DNA from: Macrostomum lignano
Taxonomy: Eukaryota
Length of the DNA: 64,000 nucleotides
Assembly: GCA_002269645.1 (NCBI GenBank)
Contig: NIVC01002112.1
Location: forward strand, 140,228-204,227
Reading direction: 5' to 3'
Below, piece after piece: positions 1 to 21,983 of this stretch. Positions within the stretch are counted from its first letter, which is position 1. Each line of letters starts with the position of its first letter. The notes beneath the pieces are model-generated. The model was not told the origin of the DNA. It ran no database searches and saw only the letters and a list, made by a program, of their open reading frames with translations. A program made the position numbers and the translations under genes.

Positions 1-65
1 ATTGAGTACACTGACTTTCGTTATTGTTTTTTTTGAAATACTGCCAGTAAACTCACAAGCTCAAT

Positions 66-600
66 ACACTGCGGAGCCTCAGGTCGCAAACCCATTAGTC
101 AATTAGTTTCTGAGTATAGTGGAGCCTCAGGTCGCAACCCCATTACTCAATAGTTTCTGAGTATAGTGGAGCCTCAGGTCGCAACCCCATTACTCAATAG
201 TTTCTGAGTATAGTGGAGCCTCAGGTCGCAAACCCATTAGTCAATTAGTTTCTGGGCACTGCGGAGCCTCAGGTCGCACCTCATTAGTCAATAGTTTCTG
301 AGTATAGTGGAGCCTCAGGTCGCAAACCCATTATTCAATAGTTTCTGAGTATAGTGGAGCCCCAGGTCGCAACCCCATTAGTCAATTAGTTTCTGGGCAC
401 TGCGGAGCCCCAGGTCGCAACCCCATTAGTTAATTAGTTTCTGAGTATAGTGGAGCCTCAGGTCGCAAACCCATTAGTCAATTAGTTTCTGGGCACTGCG
501 GAGCCTCAGGTCGCAACCCCATTAGTCAATAGTTTCTGAGTATAGTGGAGATCCATGTCGCAACCCCATTAGTCAATTAGTTTCTGGGCACTACGGAGAT
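66..600. repeat. Minisatellite, 47-49 bp unit
   Basis: GGAGCCTCAGGTCGCAACCCCATTAGTCAATTAGTTTCTG... about 11 copies. Confidence 0.9.
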
Positions 601-1158
601 CATGGTCAGAATTTATAAGTAATCATAAAAACGATGCAAGGATTATTAAATCTCATATCCTAGCTCAGTTTTGCCCCCTGTAAAAGCAAGAATTAATTTC
701 TGCCTCTCAAGAATTCCGAAACCCCGTAGCAATTCCCTTTCAATGCAAAAGCAATAAAGCAGTTATTGTTTCCAATGATCTCTGTTTGAGCCTCTGGCAA
801 CAATTCCCAATCCCATAAAAACCATGATAGCGATTTTTCCCCATTTCCAATAACGGGATGTATTTTATCCTAAAAAATTCTGCCTCTAAAGCAGCTCTCT
901 AAGTGCTTCATCAATATTATCCTGAGTAGCAGCCCCCCCCCCCAGAGCATATACAACTATCAGTTACTCATAAACCATTTGCAGCTTGCTAGATGAGCCA
1001 GGAACAGCGCGGGGGAGCTGGGGATTATCCGCTAGCTGGAGAGCTGCCTGCTTCTGAGCCCTGCAGAGTGATGCAATGTGGGGGTAGCGAGAGATGGGGA
1101 ACATCTCACTGCTACTTTGACGGGGACAGAATACTGGCTGCAAGGAGTGTGGCAAAGA

Positions 1159-1429
<271 letters not shown>

Positions 1430-1900
1430 CCTTTCCTTTAATTACGGATTGTGTGGAGGAGCCCGAGTGGGGGAGTTGGGAGGCACCTGTGGGGGGGACA
1501 TATTTTATTAAACCAACGGCTGCCTCTCTGATCCTCAGCTACTCGCCAGCAGCAAAGTGCAGCAAAAATCTGCCCTGCGGGCTTCTCTCATTAAGTTGGC
1601 ACGAAACTCGCTGCTCGTCTTCACCACCGGTGCTCTCCACAAGTGGCTGGGCTATCGGCGCGTGCTGAGGCAATCTCGTTCCCTTCAATATTTTTGCTGG
1701 TGTTTGCATTTGATTTGCAGTGGGGCATAATACAGCGCTCGCCTGGGCTCCCACCTGCTTGATCAAATTATTACTGGTCAAGCCAACTGTCCTAGCGTGC
1801 TGTCTGTTGAACTTCTATATTTAGATATTTCAATTCGATTTTTTCCATTTCGTGAGCTTTCTCTGAGAAACGAAAACAGGAACAACGATTTACAAAGTCA

Positions 1901-2368
1901 AGCGATCTGGGCAGGGGCAGGCACGGGGCAGAGAGACGAAGGGGGGAGGTGAGAGAAAACACGCACAACCATGCATGTACAAAGTCAAGCGATCTGGGCA
2001 GGGGCAGAGAGACGGAGGGGGAGGTGAGAGAAAACACGCACGACCATGCATGTACAAAGTCAAGCAAACTGGGCAGGGGCAAGGCACGGGCCAGAGAGAC
2101 GGAGGGGGAGGTGAGAGAAAACACGCACGACCATGCATGTACAAAGTCAAGCAAACTGGGCAGGGGCAAGGCACGGGGCAGAGAGACGGAGGGGGAGGTG
2201 AGAGAAAACACGCACGACCATGCATGTACAAAGTCAAGCAAACTGGGCAGGGGCAAGGCACGGGGCAGAGAGACGGAGGGGGAGGTGAGAGAAAACACGC
2301 ACGACCATGCATGTACAAAGTCAAGCAAACTGGGCAGGGGCAGGCACGGGGCAGAGAGACGGAGGGGG
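1901..2368. repeat. Minisatellite, 87 bp unit
   Basis: CATGCATGTAC recurs at 2045, 2132, 2219 and 2306. Confidence 0.92.
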
Positions 2369-3832
2369 TGCTGAAGGACTCTTTAGTAGACATTTTACAA
2401 TGTAACTAGATTATTTGAGCATTGTTCAAAAGCAATTTTTCTAAACAATTTTATTGGAAGCTGTCTATGTAGAAGTAAGTCATCCATGAACAGAGGTATG
2501 TAGAATATGAATGGATTGTGTTCAGAATCCAATACAGAGATCTGTGTCTGCAGCTTATAGGCCCTACATTGTTTAGCCAGCTATCTATCTTTCTCCCTTC
2601 ACAAATTCTAGTCGCTTGGCATTGTCCCCAGCCAGCTAGCTTGGTTGGTCTGGATGACGTTTAGTCCACGGGTTTGGGCTTGAGGCCACTGCAGACAATA
2701 CATTATTGAAATGCATATTATATAATTTTATAGATTATACTAATATGGATCAAACAAGGAATAACGGGAAAATCCATAGGGAATACGGCAATATTGGGCA
2801 TGCATTCGACTAAAATTTCAGCTTTTAAAATTTCAACATGATTCTTGTCTCAGTACCAATGGCTCCAATAGGGCTGCTATGGGGTGCCAAATCTCAGTAC
2901 CAATGGCTCCAACAGGGCTGCTATGGGGTGCCATATCCCAGTGTCACAAGTTAGCGCATCAAAACGCGGATTAACAAAGGCGCACGCACGCAGCAGAGGC
3001 CACCCCAGCGAGGCAGTTCAGTTGAATAGAGAATGCCCGAAATTCTCTCAAGTGGCAGTTCTGTGTTCAGCCGGCATGCATGCTGGCAGAAGTGTTGCAA
3101 CTCAAATCAAGTGCAGTGATAGAGCGATCCCAAGGAGAGATAGGGGCAAATAAAATCTTAAGCTGGTTCTTATTGCATAGGGTAGAAGCGTAGACCAGGA
3201 ACTGCATCAAAAATGCATGCAGGATGCTCACTAATCCCGTACAAGACCCAAGCTCTGGTCTCACTCGCCTTCTCAGTAAACTCAGCATTTCACTTATGAT
3301 TGAGTCTGGTAAGCAAATCTGCATTGCTGCAGGCCAACCAATCAAATAGGTACGTTTATATTAAGTTCCCTCCCACCAAAAAACATTTTTTACAAGCTCT
3401 AGCCTGTTGATGAAGCTTGTAAATAAAACGGAGTATCCAGCCTCTTAGTTCCGAATTTAATTAAACAGAGGAGACCGTGCTGCACCCCCCCCCTGCACGG
3501 CTCGCTTGATGCTCAGCTTTATTATCTGATTGATAAAAATCCAATATTCATGGGAGCGCGGCCGCTGGGGTGGCCAGTTCAGGAAAACAGAACACGCGGC
3601 AGTAGTGCGCCATTGCAAGCTCATGCAGAGCTAGCCATGCCTTAGATTAAAAAATAAATAAGCCAAAATATCATAGAGCAAGGGATCATCTGAAACCCCA
3701 ACAGTATCAAGTATGAGGGATGCTTGTTGTTCTTTATCTGAGTTTCTGGGCGGTCACTATGGATGGCTTGGTTTACATGTAGCTTGAATGACTAGGGATA
3801 CATGTACAGACCTTTGATGTTGAGATGCTGGA

Positions 3833-5797
3833 CTGAGGGAATCAGTGTGGGGATTTGAGGGAATCAGTGTGGGGATCTGAGGGAATCAGTGTGGGGATTT
3901 GAGGGAATCAGAGTGAGGATTTGAGGGAATCAGTGTGGGGATTTGAGGGAATCAGTGTGGGGATTTGAGGGAATCAGTGTGGGGATTTGAGGGAATCAGT
4001 GTGGGGATCTGAGGGAATCAGTATGGGGATCTGAGGGAATCAGTATGGGGATCTGAGGGAATCAGTGTGGGGATCTGAGGGAATCAGTATGGGGATCTGA
4101 GGGAATCAGTGTGGGGATCTGAGGGAATCAGTGTGGGGATCTGAGGGAATCAGTATGGGGATCTGAGGGAATCAGTATGGGGATCTGAGGGAATCAGTGT
4201 GGGGATCTGAGGGAATCAGTGTGGGGATCTGAGGGAATCGGTATGGGGATCTGAGGGAATCGGTATGGGGATCTGAGGGAATCAGTGTGGGGATCTGAGG
4301 GAATCAATGTGGGGATCTGAGGGAATCAGTGTGGGGATCTGAGGGAATCAGTGTGGGGATTTGAGGGAATCAGAGTGAGGATTTGAGGGAATCAGTGTGG
4401 GGATCTGAGGGAATCAGTGTGGGGATCTGAGGGAATCAGTGTGGGGATCTGAGGGAATCAGTGTGGAGATCTGAGGGAAACAGTGTGGGGATTTGAGGGA
4501 ATCAGTGTGGGGATTTGAGGGAATCAGTGTAGGGATTTGAGGGAATCAGTGTAGGGATTTGAGGGAATCAGTGTGGGGATTTGAGGGAATCAGTGTGGGG
4601 ATTTGAGGGAATCAGTGTGGGGATCTGAGGGAATCAGTGTGGGGATTTGAGGGAATCAGTGTGGGGATTTGAGGGAATCAGTGTGGGGATCTGAGGGAAT
4701 CAATGTGGGGATCTGAGGGAATCAGTGTGGGGATCTGAGGGAATCAGTGTGGGGATCTGAGGGAATCAGTGTGGGGATCTGAGGGAATCAGTGTGGGGAT
4801 CTGAGGGAATCAGTGTGGGGATCTGAGGGAATCAGTGTGGGGATCTGAGGGAATCAGTGTGGGGATCTGAGGGAATCAGTGTGGGGATCTGAGGGAATCA
4901 GTGTGGGGATCTGAGGGAATCAGTGTGGGGATCTGAGGGAATCAGTGTGGGGATCTGAGGGAATCAGTGTGGGGATCTGAGGGAATCAGTGTGGGGATCT
5001 GAGGGAATCAGTGTGGGGATCTGAGGGAATCAGTGTGGGGATCTGAGGGAATCAGTGTGGGGATCTGAGGGAATCAGTATGGGGATCTGAGGGAATCAGT
5101 GTGGGGATCTGAGGGAATCAGTGTGGGGATCTGAGGGAATCAGTGTGGGGATTTGAGGGAATCAGAGTGGGGATCTGAGGGAATCAGAGTGGGGATCTGA
5201 GGGAATCAGAGTGGGGATCTGAGGGAATCAGTGTGGGGATCTAATGAATCAGTGTGGGGATCTGAGGGAATCAGTATGGGGATCTGAGGGAATCGGTGTG
5301 GGGATCTGAGGGAATCAGTGTGGCAATCTGAGGGAATCAGTGTGGGGATCTGAGGGAATCAGTGTGGGGATCTGAGGGAATCAGTGTGGGGATCTGAGGG
5401 AATCAGTATGGGGATCTGAGGGAATCAGTGTGGGGATCTGAGGGAATCAGTGTGGGGATCTGAGGGAATCAGTGTGGGGATCTGAGGGAATCAGTGTGGG
5501 GATTTGAGGGAATCAGAGTGGGGATCTGAGGGAATCAGTGTGGGGATTTGAGGGAATCAGTGTGGCAATCTGAGGGAATCAGTGTGGGGATCTGAGGGAA
5601 TCAGTGTGGGGATCTGAGGGAATCAGTGTGGGGATTTGAGGGAATCAGAGTGGGGATCTGAGGGAATCAGTGTGGGGATTTGAGGGAATCAGTGTGGCAA
5701 TCTGAGGGAATCAGTGTGGGGATCTGAGGGAATCAGTGTGGGGATCTGAGGGAATCAGTGTGGGGATCTGAGGGAATCAGTGTGGGGATCTGATGAA
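3833..5797. repeat. Minisatellite, 22 bp unit GAGGGAATCAGTGTGGGGATCT
   Basis: About 2 kb homogeneous array. Confidence 0.98.
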
Positions 5798-7819
5798 TAC
5801 CTTTTTAAAAAATCAGTGCGGGTAAATATCCCAGCTGAATTACATTTCAAGATCCCATCTATAATGACCCAGGGACTAAATCAGACATCTAAAAGTATCA
5901 TTAAAGATTCCAATTATTGCAATTCGCAATACTTTCGCACCATCAAATGAGCTAGCTAATTAATGCGCACTCATAATCTCGCTAGTTGGCTAGATGAGAT
6001 TTCAAAACTATAAAGGATTCACAGGTATTAAACATAATATAATGAGCTACCTGTAGAGGCCGGCAAGAAGCAGCAGGCAAGTAAAAGCACAACTTGCAGC
6101 TGGAATCCTCCACAGTCGGATCTCATCGTCTTGTCGAGTTATCTCAACGCTTCAAATGTAGCAAATTAGAACCAGGGGTGGGATGAGAACTGCTCCGCGC
6201 TTGAGCAGAATTGCGAGAAGGTCTGCCTATGCGTGACTTAGCTGCAATCTCTAAAGTTTTTTATGGTTGCTCTGGTGGGGAGGGGGGTGGGGGGGTCTGC
6301 ACCGGGCCGGCCAATGACGGGACCACGGTATATCTAGCACGGTATATCTATCTAGTGCGATTCTCACCTGACGAATCTATTGTATCAAATCTAACTCTCT
6401 TTCTCTCCGTTTCTTTACACACGGCGAGTGTCTTAAAGGCTTTTAGATCTCAGAAAATGAAGATGAAGCTGAGACAATTGTTTTGCATTATTTTTTCTTG
6501 GCGCTGCCCATTGCACCGCTGCTATTGAACTATTTTTAGCCCGAGAGGGTCTCTATACTGAAGACTCAAATTTTTTGACATTTCATATGCCACATATGCT
6601 AGAGGCATTGTAGCAACCACAAGGGGCAGTTGTGAGAGGTTTTTAACTGTTTTTTTTAACTTCATATTTTCTTTGCAGCTAGAAATAGGCCTTCATCATC
6701 ATTTGGTTCAGAGTTGTTTAAACTAAACTAGCACTGAATGCGAGCTTAGCGCTTTTTCGCTGCGGTCTTTACCACAGCGCGAGACCAGACAGACACGCGG
6801 TCTCATGGCGCCCACAGGCTAGTATGGCGCCCCCATAGTATGGCGCCCTCATAGTATGGCGCTCCCACACTATGGCACCCCTTTGTTCTTTATATGGATT
6901 AATAAACCTTTCTTAGTAAGTATTTAACAAATAACTTTTCTCCGAAATAAAAATATGCAGAAATCATCTATTACCACCTTGTCCATAGCTTATTCATATA
7001 CGAAATACTTTTCTTACTTTTTTACTTCTTTGTTCGTTTTTAAATCTGTTAAAATCCAAAAAAATTACTGATAGATTCGTTTTCAGTAGTTTATAAGCGT
7101 TTTATCAGTAGCTTAATCAATTTACTCATTATATCAGTAGTAACCCTGTTAATGTTCGGCAAAACTACTGATTGAAATTAGTTTTCAGTAGTTGATAAGC
7201 ACTTTAGTAACGTAATAATAAAATTTTGAATTCCAAATTCCGATAACTTTGTTATTTATTATTTCACAGCACAGCTACGAGCTGCATAAGTGTCCAAGAA
7301 TGGCTTGCCATTAATTATATTTTTTATTTTGATCTAAAGTACACTGTACCCTCGTTTTATTGTAATTTTTCAGCTCAATCTTAGCCAAGCAAAATTGTTA
7401 TTGATAGTTCTGTCTCCTACTGAACTAAAATTTGTTTAAAAAGTTTTTGTTGCTTTGAAAAGTAGTAGCTAAATAAGCTTTAAAAATGAGAAAGATTATC
7501 AAGTTTTAACAAATCGATATCAAGTCTACAGTCGCCTGTCAATCACGCGGTGCCACTCGCGGTCACTGTATTGCTTCAGTACTCTTACGTAATCGATAGC
7601 CGATTAAACTAGACGAGACTCCCCTGGTTCAATCAGCCAGATTCTTTGGCATTGAAGTCGAAAAGCTTTGTGTTTAATTTTGAGACTAGAGTAACTCGTA
7701 TGATGTACCTTAAAGTATAGGCATGCCTCTTAAGGTTTGAAAAGGCTTAAATTGGTGTTAGAAAGCTGCTGGTTGGATTTCATTGTAATGCATACAAATC
7801 TTTAGTTAGCAGTTTTCTT

Positions 7820-8110
7820 TTTTGTGTTTTTTTGCTTTGTGTTTTGCAGTTTTGTGATCGGTAGTATTTTGTGATTTTTTGTTTTGTGTTTTGCAGTTTT
7901 GTGATCGGTAGTATTTTGTGATTTTTTGTTTTGTGTTTTGCAGTTTTGTGATCGGTAGTATTTTGTGATTTTTTGTTTTGCAGCTTTGTGATCGGTAGTA
8001 TTTTGTGATTTGTTGTTTTGCAGCATTGCGATTACGGTAGTTATTTTGTGATTTTCTGTTTTATGTTTTGTGATTACGGTAGTTACTTTGTGATTTTTTT
8101 TAGTTTCGTA
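7820..8110. repeat. T-rich degenerate tandem repeat (about 45 bp)
   Basis: TTTTGTGATCGGTAGTATTTTGTGA... repeated. Confidence 0.75.
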
Positions 8111-8798
8111 TTGCAATACTTTAGTGTTTCCTTAAACTTTTATTTTGAATTTTGCATTGTGTTGCATTGTGTTTGTATTGTGATTTATTGTTTTGTGTTT
8201 TTTGTGCTGTTGCCTTGTTGTTTTCTGTTTTGTTTCTTTTGTACGTCGTATTTAGCTATTTTTGCCCCAGTTGCATTTTTGTCTTTCAGTTGGCTGTTTT
8301 CTTGCGGTTGGTGCTTCAATTTATAAAAATAATTTGCGTAGCTGTCTATTTGTTTTAATCTAATTTCTCGTGTTTAACTTAATTAATCGAATTAAGATTA
8401 AGGAAAGTTGGTATAAATACGACAATTAGATAATTTTATTCAAGATTTCATTGACTATTTTGTATTCGAGGGGTACAACAGCAGTGCGGATCACAGAGCT
8501 AACAAAGCAATTTGCATGTACATTAAACATCAATAGGACAACATCTGAAGAGTGTAAATCAGCAGTGGTTGTTTATTTTTTGTTATTGACAACAGGAAGC
8601 TGAATTATTAAATGTGTACAAGTTACGTAATGTAGTTGAATATTATAGCCAAGAATTAACGATTCCCAATTATAAATAGAACGACAATAGAAACATTGTG
8701 CTTCACAAACTTAATTACGCAACATGTCGATAGTCTAGCGTATAGAATTTGTGCCACTGGCAAAACATTGCTCATCTTCTGCTTAATCTCTCGCCTAC

Positions 8799-8916
8799 CC
8801 AGCTGTGTGCGCTACATGTACTGTCCCGCAGTCCAGCTGTAGCAGGGGCTCGGGTCTGGCAGTCTGCCAAAAACGGCGGTGCAAGGCGGCCAAGCGAAGT
8901 TAGCGGCGCAAGGAAC
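8799..8916 (-). CDS. elav: Probable ELAV exon 5 (hinge; FLAPLTSLGRLAPPFLADCQTRAPATAGLRDSTCSAHSW)
   Basis: Acceptor tttcag|G and donor TGG|gtaggc. The exon is open in the phase required by exon 4 (phase 2 in, phase 0 out). No conserved motif supports it. Confidence 0.55.
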
Positions 8917-9134
8917 CTGAAATTGGAACAAAAAGTGATGTAAGAACAGCAAAGTAAATCATGCCGCTTAAGTAGTCCCTCTAAAGACTGTTTTTTTCCG
9001 ATTTAACTATTGAAAGTTTGTTTTGAATCAATTGGATAGTGAGTTTTCAAACTCACCTGTAGTTCCAGTGCTCTGTCGAAAAGCATGAAATAGAGAATTT
9101 AAGTTAAAAATTTTAAGTTTCGCAGAAAAAGACC

Positions 9135-9460
9135 ACCCGACTCACTCCGCGAGACCACCCACCTCACTCCGCGAGACCACCCACCTCACTCCGCGAGACC
9201 ACCCACCTCACTCAGCGAGACCACCCACCTCACTCCGCGAGACCACCACCTCACTCCGCGAGACCGCCCACCTCACTCCGCGATACCACCCTCCCCACTC
9301 CGCGAGACCAACGCCACCCCAGCACTCTCAACCCCACGGGGGTCTGTTAGCCCGCCACCCCACCTCACTCCACGAGACCAACCACCTCACTCTACGAGAC
9401 CAACCACCTCACTCAACGAGACCAACCACCTCAGTCTACGAGACCAACCACCTCACCCCA
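9135..9460. repeat. Minisatellite, 22 bp unit GAGACCACCCACCTCACTCCGC (ELAV intron 4)
   Basis: Direct reading. Confidence 0.9.
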
Positions 9461-9477
9461 CGAGGCCGCCAGCTCAC

Positions 9478-18410
<8,933 letters not shown>

Positions 18411-18944
18411 ATAGTAGAGTACACGCCACTCTTGACAATATGAGCGCCCTTTCTGACAATGTCACACACGTGTTTAGGAGATTCCTGGAGCTCCGTCTGA
18501 AATGAGTTTTGAAACCGACAGTCCGTTTTCTGAGATTTCTTAAGCTATTCTACAATCAGCTTTGTAATTGGCCTGAGCAAAATGAAAGACAGAATGCATT
18601 ATTTTTCTTCTTATTTCTCTTGATTTTTTCAAATCGACTCAAGCGAAGGAAAACCGATCACTGACCATTGCTAAAGTGCTTTCTTAGTAGTCAAGGGCTC
18701 TTCACTGGGACAAAACTCAATTTCAGCTTTCCTCAAGCTTCGCACACAGGAATAGTTTCTTAATACTATTCAATCTTTTTGTATAGCTCAAAATACACAA
18801 CACGGCTGCCCGAACTAAAGCTGCACATGGAAAATATCTTTCGAATTGTATTTTAAGAACAATATTTGCCGTGCATTCTGTATTCGGAGTGGAAATTTTG
18901 GTAAACTAGCGCATGCCTTGTCCCCTAACCCAGAAAAAATTGCT

Positions 18945-19797
18945 GGGGTAATGGGTGTCAGAATAGGGGTAATGTGGGTCAGGATTGGGGTAATGGATGT
19001 CAGGATAAGATGCAATGGGTGTCAGGATAGGGATAATGGATGTCAGGATTGGGGGTAATGGATGTCAGGATAAGATGCAATGGGTGTCAGGATAGGGATA
19101 ATGGATGTCAGGATAGGTGTAATGTGTGTCAGGATAGGTGTAATGGGTGTCAGGATAGGGATAATGGATGTCAGGATAGGTGTAATGTGTGTCAGGATAG
19201 GTGTAATGTGTGTCAGGATAGGTGTAATGTGTGTCAGGATAGGGGTGATGGATGTCAGGATAGGTGTAATGTGTGTCAGGATAAGGTGCAATGGGTGTCA
19301 GGATAAGGTGCAATGGGTGTCAAGGTAAGGGATAATGGATGTCAGGATAGGTGTAATGTGTGTCAGGATAGGAATAATGGATGTCAGGATAGGTGTAATG
19401 TGTGTCAGGATAGGTGTAATGGGTGTCAGGATAAGGTGTAATGTGTGTCAGGATAGGTGTAATGGGTGTCAGGATAGGGATAATGGATGTCAGGATAGGT
19501 GTAATGTGTGTCAGGATAGGGGTGATGGATGTCAGGATAGGTGTAATGTGTGTCAGGATAGGGGTGATGGATGTCAGGATAGGTGTAATATGTGTCAGGA
19601 TAGGTGTAATGTGTGTCAGGATAGGTGTAATGTGTGTCAGGATAGGGATAATGGATGTCAGGATAGGTGTAATGTGTGTCAGGATAAGGTGCAATGGGTG
19701 CCAGGATAAGCTAGGTGCAATGGGTGTCAGGATAAGGTGCAATGGGTGTCAGGATAAGGTGCAATGGGTGTCAGGATAAGGGGTAATGGGTGTCAAA
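18945..19797. repeat. Minisatellite, 21 bp unit GTCAGGATAGGTGTAATGTGT
   Basis: Direct reading. Confidence 0.95.
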
Positions 19798-20257
19798 ATC
19801 TGTAATGAGCGACAGGATTGTATCAGAAATATGGTCGAACCACCGCTTACTCACGGGATTTTCCTTCAGACTCTGGCAGACTGGGGTCCGAATCTGTGAG
19901 TTTTCTCCTCTCCTCTCCCCAAGCTAAGATATATCCCCAAGACATCCATCTCAAATCCCAGACCGCATGTGGCCAATCAGGTGAGAGCCAGCTGGAAAAA
20001 TCCCCACCGTTAATTGATTTTTATTCCCGACTTATTCTAACGATGCGTTAATATTACTTTTTAGTAGTAGCCATCGTATTTTCTTCAAAATATTAATTAG
20101 AATTTGGCACTGCCAGCTGAGCAGATGTACAAGCAGTAGGACAGAGTGGTGTTCTAAATGGGCGCTGCTTTTGCATCTCCTCTTTAAGCCGCATCAGTGC
20201 TCGCTAAAGCTGTCGAAAAAATTAGCTAAGTACTTGCAGGTAGTACATGAAATACAT

Positions 20258-20680
20258 GTGATGCAATGCGACGCGACGCGACGTGATGTGATGTGATGTG
20301 TGGCGATGTGAGGTGATGTGATATGATGTGATGTGACGGGATGTTATGTGAGGTGATGTGATATGATGTGATGTGACGGGATGTTATGTGAGGTGATGTG
20401 ATGTAAGGTGATGTGATGTGATGTGATGTGACGTGATGTGAGGTGATGTGATGTGATGTGAGGTGATGTGATGTGACGTGATGTGATGTGATGTGAGGTG
20501 ATGTGATGTGATGTGAGGTGATGTGATGTGACGTGATGTGATGTGATGTGATATGATGTGATGTGACGTGATGTGAGGTGATGTGATGTAAGGTGATGTG
20601 ATGTGATGTGATATGATGTGAGGTGATGTGATGTGATATGGTTTGATGTGATGTGATGTGTCGTTTCGTGATGTAACGTG
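20258..20680. repeat. (GTGAT)n pentanucleotide repeat
   Basis: Direct reading. Confidence 0.95.
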
Positions 20681-20957
20681 ATTGAAAGCCAGCTCAGGAG
20701 GAAGGCAGGTGACCACAATAGATGTCAATTGCTTTCAGTGCATTGGAGACTTCTTATCGAGGCGTCGCACAAAATCACTTTTGAAAAATTTGAGCCCCGG
20801 TTCGTTTCGTCCTGACGAAAAATGCGTTAGATTTTAGAAATATATTCTCTCTAAAAATGAGCTTTTTGTGCGCCAAAGGAGATGAGAATGCAAGAAAAAA
20901 ACTCAATCGTTTCGATCCAGACGCGAGAAGCAGGTTGGAAAGGGAAAAATTCGGCCT

Positions 20958-21983
20958 TTAAAAAGTTGGCTGCGATAGTCGAGTTTGGCCGCAGATTCCG
21001 CTGCCAAATTGGGGCGCCCGACTGTAGCAGGCGTGCCAGCAGTTCGGAATCTGCTGCTGCTGCTGCTGCTGATAGAGCCTTTGCAGGTGAATCTGGTGTT
21101 GCTGCTGCTGCTGGAGCTGTCGGGATCCCAGGCTCCAGTGCTGAGCCGGCGCCCCTGGAGAAGCCATCGCGGCTGCTTGAAAGGTAGAGAATCCAGACGG
21201 ATCGCCAGCAGCCCTGCAGTCCCGACGCCGCTGCCTCCAAGTCGGAGCTCGGCGACAACCAGCCAGACTGCACCGATCGCACAGGGCAGTGGGACTGGGC
21301 GAGCAAGCAGAGCTTTTTTCAGTCGTGTCCGAGTCCGGGCCAGAGGTCATCGAGATTGCCGGCGTCAGGTTGTAGTTGTTCCGAGCCGGCGCCAGCTGAG
21401 AGCGCAGCAGCTGCGATGGCGGCTGCCTCAGTGTGCGCTGCCTGGCGTGTCGCCTGGCTGGCGACGTGCTGGAACTGCCGCTGCCGCTTCTCCAGCAGCC
21501 GCCCCTGGCCGGCGCTGAAGGCGTCCGTCTGGGTCTTCCGGTCTGGCTCTCCGGTTCCAGTCGGTGAATTCGAACTTCCAAGCTGTAGGTCCACCTGGGG
21601 GTCTCCGCACTGCCAGGCCACCGCTGTTTCCTCGCTTCATCATCGGCTTTGCCGTTCGTTTCTTTCAGCCGGAAAGGTTCGCCTTGCAACGGCTCTGATG
21701 GCTCTCTAATCTTCTTGTCGAATCTGCCGAACTGGATTTGCTTCCGGCGGCGGTGCCTGCAGCGCGACAACTGCCGCCGACGACGGCTCCAGTTGGAGTC
21801 TTCGCTGTCGCTGAATGTGCGCCAGTCTCGACTGGCTCCCTGCAGCCGGAGCAGGGCCAGGCTCATGGCCGCCACGCTGAAGTCGTCCCGAGTGCTGCGA
21901 CTCTGCACCTGCATCTGACCGGGCTGCTGCTCCCAGTTGTCAAGGTTACAAGTACACTCGGATCGTCTCGCGTAGTCAGTCAG
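20958..21983 (-). CDS. Putative exon encoding a low-complexity, probably disordered protein (Arg/Ser-rich, polyQ)
   Basis: Stop-free frame of 341 codons starting after ttttag|CTG, with a strong G/C third-position bias and CAG runs like the bona fide exons here. No recognisable domain. Competing ORFs exist on both strands. Confidence 0.45.
   Translation of the reverse strand: MTDYARRSECTCNLDNWEQQPGQMQVQSRSTRDDFSVAAMSLALLRLQGASRDWRTFSDSEDSNWSRRRRQLSRCRHRRRKQIQFGRFDKKIREPSEPLQGEPFRLKETNGKADDEARKQRWPGSAETPRWTYSLEVRIHRLEPESQTGRPRRTPSAPARGGCWRSGSGSSSTSPARRHARQRTLRQPPSQLLRSQLAPARNNYNLTPAISMTSGPDSDTTEKSSACSPSPTALCDRCSLAGCRRAPTWRQRRRDCRAAGDPSGFSTFQAAAMASPGAPAQHWSLGSRQLQQQQQHQIHLQRLYQQQQQQQIPNCWHACYSRAPQFGSGICGQTRLSQPTF

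Noticed and set aside
1792-2409. Four overlapping repeat ORFs
   Set aside because: 87-bp tandem repeat open in many frames, with no splice or domain support.
3833-5797. Possible CRISPR array (also other regular arrays)
   Set aside because: No unique spacers, a eukaryotic context and no cas genes.
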